From Octopus bimaculoides (Eukaryota): a DNA stretch of 55,953 nucleotides. Location of the stretch: NCBI RefSeq assembly GCF_001194135.2, contig NC_068985.1, positions 79,925,276 to 79,981,228 on the forward strand. Direction: 5' to 3'. Numbering within the stretch: position 1 is the stretch's first letter; every line of letters starts with the position of its first letter. Shown one piece after another: positions 49,335 to 55,953 of the stretch. The notes under the pieces were generated by a model. It was not told the origin of the DNA. It did not search any database and saw only the letters and a list, made by a program, of their open reading frames with translations. Made by a program: the position numbers and the translations under genes.

Positions 49335-49770
49335 TTTGACTCATCAGAAGGTGATCTTCAGCATGCACTGAATATAGCTTCACTGCTTAATTCTGTAAGG
49401 CAGGGATGGGAATAAATGTTGTAAAGACTGAGGCATTGGTCCTCTCAAGAAAGTCTTCCCAGTGCACTCTGCATGCTAGTGGAACATCACTGAGACAAGT
49501 GGAGAAGTTGAAGAATCTCAGGGATGTATTCAGAAGTAATAGGAATCAGGAGGATGAATTGGATGCGAGAATTGTAGGTGCTGGTAAAATAATGTGTTGG
49601 CTGCAACATTCGATCCCCAGAAAAGAGGTTGGTAAAACAGCCAAACTTGCTATATTCAATTCGATTTTCAGGCCTAATCTCACCTAGGGACATGAATGAA
49701 AGAGTTCAACCACAAATACATGTGGCTGAAATGGGGTTCTTCCTGGGGATCTCTGGTGCAAAGGTGAACC
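49335..49770 (+). mobile_element. RTE (Rex3/Expander-like) RT fragment
   Basis: SSEGDLQHAL...KTEALVLSRK...QVEK...LDARI...IFRPNLT*GHE. Confidence 0.7.
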
Positions 49771-49838
49771 TCCAGCCAGGAGGTTCAATGACTGAAACAA
49801 ATGAAACATAAAAGATGATAAATTAATTATATACTCAC

Positions 49839-49969
49839 TTTGAATCCTTCCATTGCACAGATAATTGAAGGTGTCATGTATGTATTCTAACTTGAGTTGT
49901 ATTTCCCTTTGATGCATAGGACATTCAAGCATTATTAACTGGTAGCACAGCTCAAGTTTATATTTATAT
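49839..49969 (-). CDS. Receptor-like gene, domain 1 exon b
   Basis: gtttcattacag|A TAT...CAA A|gtgagt; 131 nt, phase 2 to 1; YKYKLELCYQLIMLECPMHQREIQLKLEYIHDTFNYLCNGRIQ. Confidence 0.87.
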
Positions 49970-49980
49970 CTGTAATGAAA

Positions 49981-50019
<39 letters not shown>

Positions 50020-50453
50020 TGTAATTGTTGTCATTATTTTCATCGTTTTAACATCTACTCTTCCATGCTTTACATAGATCAGATGTCCTGCAGCCAAACA
50101 TATTTTCACAGAAGACTGGGAATGAACAACACCACTTGTGATATGGTGATGTTCATTTACAATTATCTTGCAATGTCTAGACAGACACACACATACACAC
50201 ACATGCATGCACACATACAAAAACATGCATGCATATACACACATGTACACATGCTTGCACACACACATATTCACACACACACTCACACACATACGTAGGA
50301 TTCCTTCAGCTTCCATTTATTGAATCTACTTTCAAGGCTTTGTTCAGCCCAGGATATAGTAGCAGGCAATTGCTCAAATTGTCATGCAGTGGAACTGAAC
50401 CTCAAACTACATGATAGGGAAGCAAATTTCTTAACCACACAGCCATGCTGATA

Positions 50454-50674
50454 TACGAGGCAGTGCTGAAGAGCTCCTGGCTTAAAGGGTAACTCAAAAG
50501 ACCTGATTGGATGCCCAACATTCCAAGTTCTTTTACAAGGCTCAGAAAATCTGAAGGACCAATGCAATAAGTGTGTGAGTCTGAGAAGGAAATATGTTAA
50601 ATAAAATTATAATTAATTGATCCTCCTGTATTTTCTTTTACCCAAAGCCAGGAACTTTTCAGCACCCCTTCATA
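50454..50674 (+). mobile_element. Internally deleted mariner (MITE) with both TIRs and TA ends
   Basis: Terminal 30-mers match at 24/30; the right half is homologous to 43925-44049. Confidence 0.8.
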
Positions 50675-52864
50675 TAATATTATTATTATCTAATTGATTA
50701 CAGTCATATAAATATGAGCAAAAGACACTCAGTAAAACAGGGGATGCTATGCAATGGTACAATGAAAGTACTGTGATAAAAGCTGATATTGTTCATGAAC
50801 ATTAAAACATTAAACAAAACTGTTTTGGTTTTCTGTTTTCAGATCTGAACCAACAAATTAAATTTTTTTTTTTAATGAGGTGACTTTGGTAACTGGTACA
50901 CAGACATAGATTATTGGTTATACAAAAATTGAGGAATTACAAAATGGATGATTTTATCATACTTTAGAATTGCAAAATCTATGAAATGAGTTAACAAGTG
51001 ACAGAAGATTTTTATTCTATAAAAAAAAAAAACTGGTGAAATGATTCTCAGGCACAACAGAAAGCAAAATTATTGCTGTTTTTTTTTTGTCTTTTCTCAT
51101 TCAGTCAGGACGAAAGGAATGTTCCTGACTGGAAAGAGAGAGATAGGGAGAAAGATATCATCAAACTGGTTTGAATGCTTGCAGCGGCGTGGATTCCACT
51201 ATAGGCAGCCAAGGTACCAGCTAATAGTGTTACTTTGGCAATGGATTGCATCACCCACCTAAGCAGACCATGGTAGAATTTGAGCACAAAGAACTGGAAC
51301 AAGAACTGCAAGTCACATGGTCTGACGTTGTTACAGTTTTACCAATCCATCAACTTAGTACCAAAAGGATAAAAGGCAAATTTCACCTTAGTAGGATTTG
51401 AAATTAAAGCACAGAGAGTCAGAACAAATACCATGAGGCATTTTGTCTGATGCTCTAACTGACCAGCCAATTTGCAGCAGTAGCCATTTATATTAGAATG
51501 TAAATTTTAGGAAATAGAGTACAAATGATTGCAGTGCTGGAACTCTAGCTTCTCTTCCTTCCCTACCAGAAAATAAATGAAAACAATTAAAAAAAAAACA
51601 AAAAAACTTATGGCTTATTTCTCAACAAATGTTAAAAGGACAAACAACTGGAGATGCTGAATGTAGCAAACATATTCAAGAAGAATATTGTCCATAACAT
51701 TCATTCTCTTTCAAATCCTCATGAAAATCACAATGCTATTGTGGACTCAATCAGATGAAACATGATAAATCAATGATCAGAGCAGCATATAAACCAATCT
51801 AGAAATTTAGTAAGGTTTCTAACTGTAAAGCTATAAAGGTAAATCCATAGTTAAAGGAAAATCTAAACAAAGAATACTCTATGGACACAGCATGGCCAAC
51901 TGACTAAGAAACTCACTTTGCAATTATCAGGTCCAAGGTCCAATTCCACTGCATGGTACCTTGGACAAGTGTCATTTACCATAGCCCAAGGGTCAGTTGT
52001 GAGTGAAATTGTGTAGATTAGAACTTGTCCTGGGTATCACTTTAATGTAGTAGTGAGGTTTGGTGTGAGGCTCAGGAGTTCCAGGTTTTTGAGGAGCGTG
52101 GAACCACCTCTTAGCTACTATTCTTCACAAGTGGCACCTATTTGGGTCCCACCTATGGGTTAATTAGCATATTATAGCTTGCCTACCTATGCATGTAAAG
52201 ACTGAATCTAGCAGACTCTGCACAAGGAACCTACATGGTTCAATGCAGTGGAAAGCAACAACAGCAGCAATGCATTGTAGAGTGTAGAGAGCAAGAGGAG
52301 GCAAGTAAGAAGACATCTTGGTAATCCACTGCTTCTGTCGCCATCCATAGTTGTTTTGACCTTATTTTGTCACTGGATTGAAGCTGGTTACAGACGAGAG
52401 AGAGAGAGAGAAAGAAAGAGAAAGAGTGAGGTTGAAGATGCACAGCTCTTCTTCAGTCATCTTCCTCAGTCATCTCTAAGGATGGTTGATAGTCCTCACC
52501 ACTTCGATGGACAAACATGAGATTGAAACTGTATGGAATGTAATGTAATGTTGGATGAAATGCATCTGTAATTCAAAGCCTTGTTATTCAGCCACAATGA
52601 TCTTTATTGAAGATTACATTGATGGTATCTGTGTCTGAGAAATACTCAGCCACTTATATGCTAATTCAATGAGCAGCTAATTCAGTTGATCAAGCAACAA
52701 GAAAAATCATCAAAACTGACAGAGACCCTTTTAATTTCATAAACTGAATGTTCAAAATAAGAGACTATATTTGTTCTCCATCTATATAATTATCTGCTTG
52801 TTTGTTTGCCCATTATACTTTAGTTGGTTAGAGAGTGAGTGAGAGGTGGAGTAAAAGTGTGTAT

Positions 52865-52906
<42 letters not shown>

Positions 52907-52916
52907 NNNNNNNNNN

Positions 52917-52956
<40 letters not shown>

Positions 52957-54042
52957 GAGAGAGGAGTGTGAGTAGAAAAGAAAGAAGTGAGGAAGAAGTA
53001 GAGAAAGAGGTATAATAAGGCCAAATGCATCATGTGGTCAGTTGAAGGGAGAAGCGAAGAGCAAGACAAAAAAAAAGAGAGTGAGAGAGAGAAAAGTGCT
53101 AATGACGTGCTGTTAGGTGGGGAGGGAAAGGTAAAGAGAAAGAGATATGTTTAGGATACAATATTTAGCAGAAGGTAATGTTCTGGTGGTGAAGTTAAAG
53201 AATGGCAGGTAAAAAAGAGATGGGCAGGAGAGTTAGCAGAAGAGAGAGGTGAAGAGAAAGAGAGAAATGTTAAAGACATGAAGACAGGAATTACATGATT
53301 AAAAAGCTTGCTGAAGAGGGAGAGAGAAAGAGAGAAATATTAAGTGCTTAGTAGAGGGAAATTTTAAAATTTAATATATTATTGTGAATGGAAGTGAAAT
53401 ACTTAGCAAAATAAAAATAAAAATGCAACATCCTTTCTTTCTTAAATAGCTTCTCTTAATCTTTTATGTTCTGTAGAATTTCTACGGGTCCTACTAGTAG
53501 TTTTAAATGTATTAAAACTAACTTAACTGTTGGTCTTTCAAACAGCTGGCACCTAACAATAATTTATTTCCAGAATATTTCTACATTTTTATACCTACAA
53601 TTGTACATCTACTTAGAGGATTTCTTAGCTCCTGAGACAAAAAAAGAAAAAAAGAAAGAGAAAAAGAAAGACAGAGAGTAACAAGAAAAAGAGAGACAGT
53701 GTGTGTGTGTGTGTATGTATATTCATAGAGAAATGCTTGGAATTTTTACTCATAGTTGCCAAACAACTCAACTGTTTTTAGTTAACATGTTTTACACTCC
53801 TTGAAATAATTATGTTAAAACTAACTCAACATATGAGAAAATGCTTTACTTGAGTGGAAAGCAAACTCAGCCAAAATTGTGCAACAATTGTAATATTTTC
53901 CACACAGAAACAGGCTTAAGCTGGCAGATACACTGAGAGTTGAATATTATTTCAAATCTAGTGAAGGATCAATTTTGTCATTCATCCTCCTGGACAAGCA
54001 TCCCATTCAATGCAGACTGTTTTATACTTTCAGGTTTTAAAA

Positions 54043-54372
54043 CAGGCGTTCTCATCCATATCTTATCTATGGGCCCCTTTGATTACTATTTTATTCTTGT
54101 TGACTCCCAGAGCCATTCGATGTTTAAGAACTAGTTCTATAATAACTTCCTTCAAAATTCTTATTTTGCTTTTCACACTTTAACTTGTGTCAGTTGAACT
54201 ATGTAAAATGTTAGAGAAAGAGACCTAGCTGTTTTTTACAATACATACATCTTAAGCAAAATTTTTTCTGGGGCCCTGAAAATACTATTTTGGACCCCTA
54301 AAAATCTCATATGGACCCTCAGGGGCCATATGGACCCTCAGGGGCCATATGAACCCCGATTGAGATCCACTG
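54043..54372. mobile_element. hAT MITE with perfect 8-bp TSD
   Basis: CAGGCGTTCTCA...TGAGATCCACTG; TTTTAAAA at 54035-54042 and 54373-54380; internal 19-bp tandem duplication. Confidence 0.8.
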
Positions 54373-54760
54373 TTTTAAAATATCAAGTTCCAGTCTAATG
54401 AATCTGGATACTTCTGAGGTAATTAAGAAAGTGAAAGTAAAACAGCTTTGCATTGAATGGGATGTTTGTCCATCACAGTAATAAACTCTAATTGCTGCTA
54501 TGAGTCAGACAAGTCAGACTGTAGCAATGTGAAATGAAGTGCCTTGCTCAAGGACACAATGCACTGCCTGGTACCAGAATTGAACTTGTTATCTAATGAT
54601 CATGAGCCCAGCACCCTACACTAGGCCACAATACCTTCATTTAAAAGTTTGAGAGTTATTAAAATTGATAATCTTTGACAGTCACTTACAAATATCTCCT
54701 TTATCCTGTAGTGGACTATAAATATTCTGATAAGAAAATAACTTCAAAAAATTTAAGTAC

Positions 54761-54908
54761 CTGCAAATGTTCACCATATCAGATGCCATCCATGAATTCA
54801 CTGTCTTGGTTATCTGGGAATTAATGTCGAAGTGTGTTAACTGTAACAGACTCTCACATTCTTGGATTCTCATTGTCTGATATTCCTTGTTACATTGCCC
54901 TTGGACAC
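54761..54908 (-). CDS. Receptor-like gene, domain 1 exon a (first exon seen; signal-peptide exon missing)
   Basis: ttcatgtttctcttaaag|GT GTC...TGC AG|gtactt; 148 nt, phase 1 to 2; VQGQCNKEYQTMRIQEC...MVNIC; xVQG-Q resembles a signal-peptidase site. Confidence 0.87.
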
Positions 54909-55700
54909 CTTTAAGAGAAACATGAAAACATAACTTGACTTTAGCCAAACAAACTTCACCAAAAATTATACATAATTTTTTTTTTTGTTTTTTAAATATT
55001 AGAGGAGAAAGGACAGGGATGATAAACCCTTTTAAGGGCTTGTGTGATTGGTAAGAGGAAGTTATAAAGAGCATCATTGTCACAATAGCACAATTGTTCA
55101 TTTCCAGTCATCATGGGAACTATTGCCTAACTTGGAAACAGGTGAGGATTGATGACAGGAAAGGCATCCAGCTGTAGAAAAATCTATCTCAACAAATTCC
55201 ATCTGACCCATGCAAACATAGAAGAGCAGATATTAAATGATCTAAGTGCAGAATAAAACACGAGATTTAGTTTGTCATTTTATTATAACATAAATCATAA
55301 AAAGAATTTTTTGTTATCAAGGTCCAGGCATTTCTGTGTGACCAAGAATTTGCTTCCCATCTGCATGGTTTTGGCTTCAGTCCCACTGCATGACACCTTG
55401 GGTGAGCATCTATTATACCTTTGATCAACCTGTTGTGTACATACATACATACATACATACATATGATGTACTGTTTGGTGATGGTAAGATCAAGAAAAAA
55501 GTATTCCATCTGGTGAGAGATAAATATTATTTAACAGAGACACCACATGTTTTCATGTGCTATTAATAATTTCATATGTTGAGAAATATCTCAAGCATAT
55601 TCATCAGGCATAAACCACATATCATAACGAATTAAAAACTGAATGTGAGAAAAACGTGAAAAGTTGAGAATTTTTAGATGTTTCCCTATATATATATATA

Positions 55701-55800
55701 TACTAGCAGAAATACCCGGCTTTGCCCGGGTTAAAGAAAATAATGAAATCTAAAAACGCCGTCTAGACTACGCAACACTCAACTGTTAGTAGCTACGATA
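55701..55800 (+). mobile_element. Possible Helitron/HINE-type terminal fragment in a TA run
   Basis: TACTAGCAGAAATACCCGGCTTTGCCCGGG, a short subterminal palindrome typical of such ends (from memory). Confidence 0.4.
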
Positions 55801-55953
55801 CCATATTTCTACATTAATAACTCTCCAATCCATGCCAGCATGGAACATAGACATTAAGTGGAATGCCAGTTTCTCATCTAGGAGGGCCTTGAAATCAATG
55901 TTACCAACTGGGGACTATGTGTGTCGTAGTGATAATAAAAAGACCCAAGGAGG

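Noticed and set aside
51085-51330. Plus-strand acceptor-like site and short frames (QDERNVPDWK...)
   Set aside because: The frames stop early, there is no donor or partner exon, and no motif is recognisable.

Overview
AT-rich eukaryotic scaffold with many microsatellites, tRNA-derived SINEs, LINE fragments and about 15 N-gaps. The repeat content suggests an Octopus genome (inference, no search run). Three protein-coding genes are supported. (1) An intronless 183-aa four-TM membrane protein (988-1539, minus). (2) A complete 7-coding-exon mitochondrial class-1 release factor of the mtRF1a/MTRF1L type (11956-22065, plus; 457 aa; PKT and GGQ motifs; all GT-AG introns phase-consistent). (3) A gene the ORF track only hints at, assembled by hand from nine phase-consistent exons (54908 to 27170, minus; 5' signal exon not found in the window). 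It encodes a single-pass membrane protein whose ectodomain has two 12-Cys domains with nearly identical Cys spacing and exon lengths (four 6-Cys two-exon modules), a Thr/Pro stalk, a GxxxG TM helix and a 63-aa tail with PPxY-type, YxN and YxxI motifs. Its inter-domain intron carries a sense-strand minimal type I hammerhead-ribozyme-like motif with one core substitution. The rest is TE-derived (RTE, Tx1/L1, R4/Dong-like, L2/CR1 LINEs; mariner and hAT elements; several SINE families), with some hairpins, nested insertions and probable assembly artefacts. No rRNA, tRNA gene or CRISPR array is supported. Repeat boundaries are approximate; exon boundaries were counted base by base.
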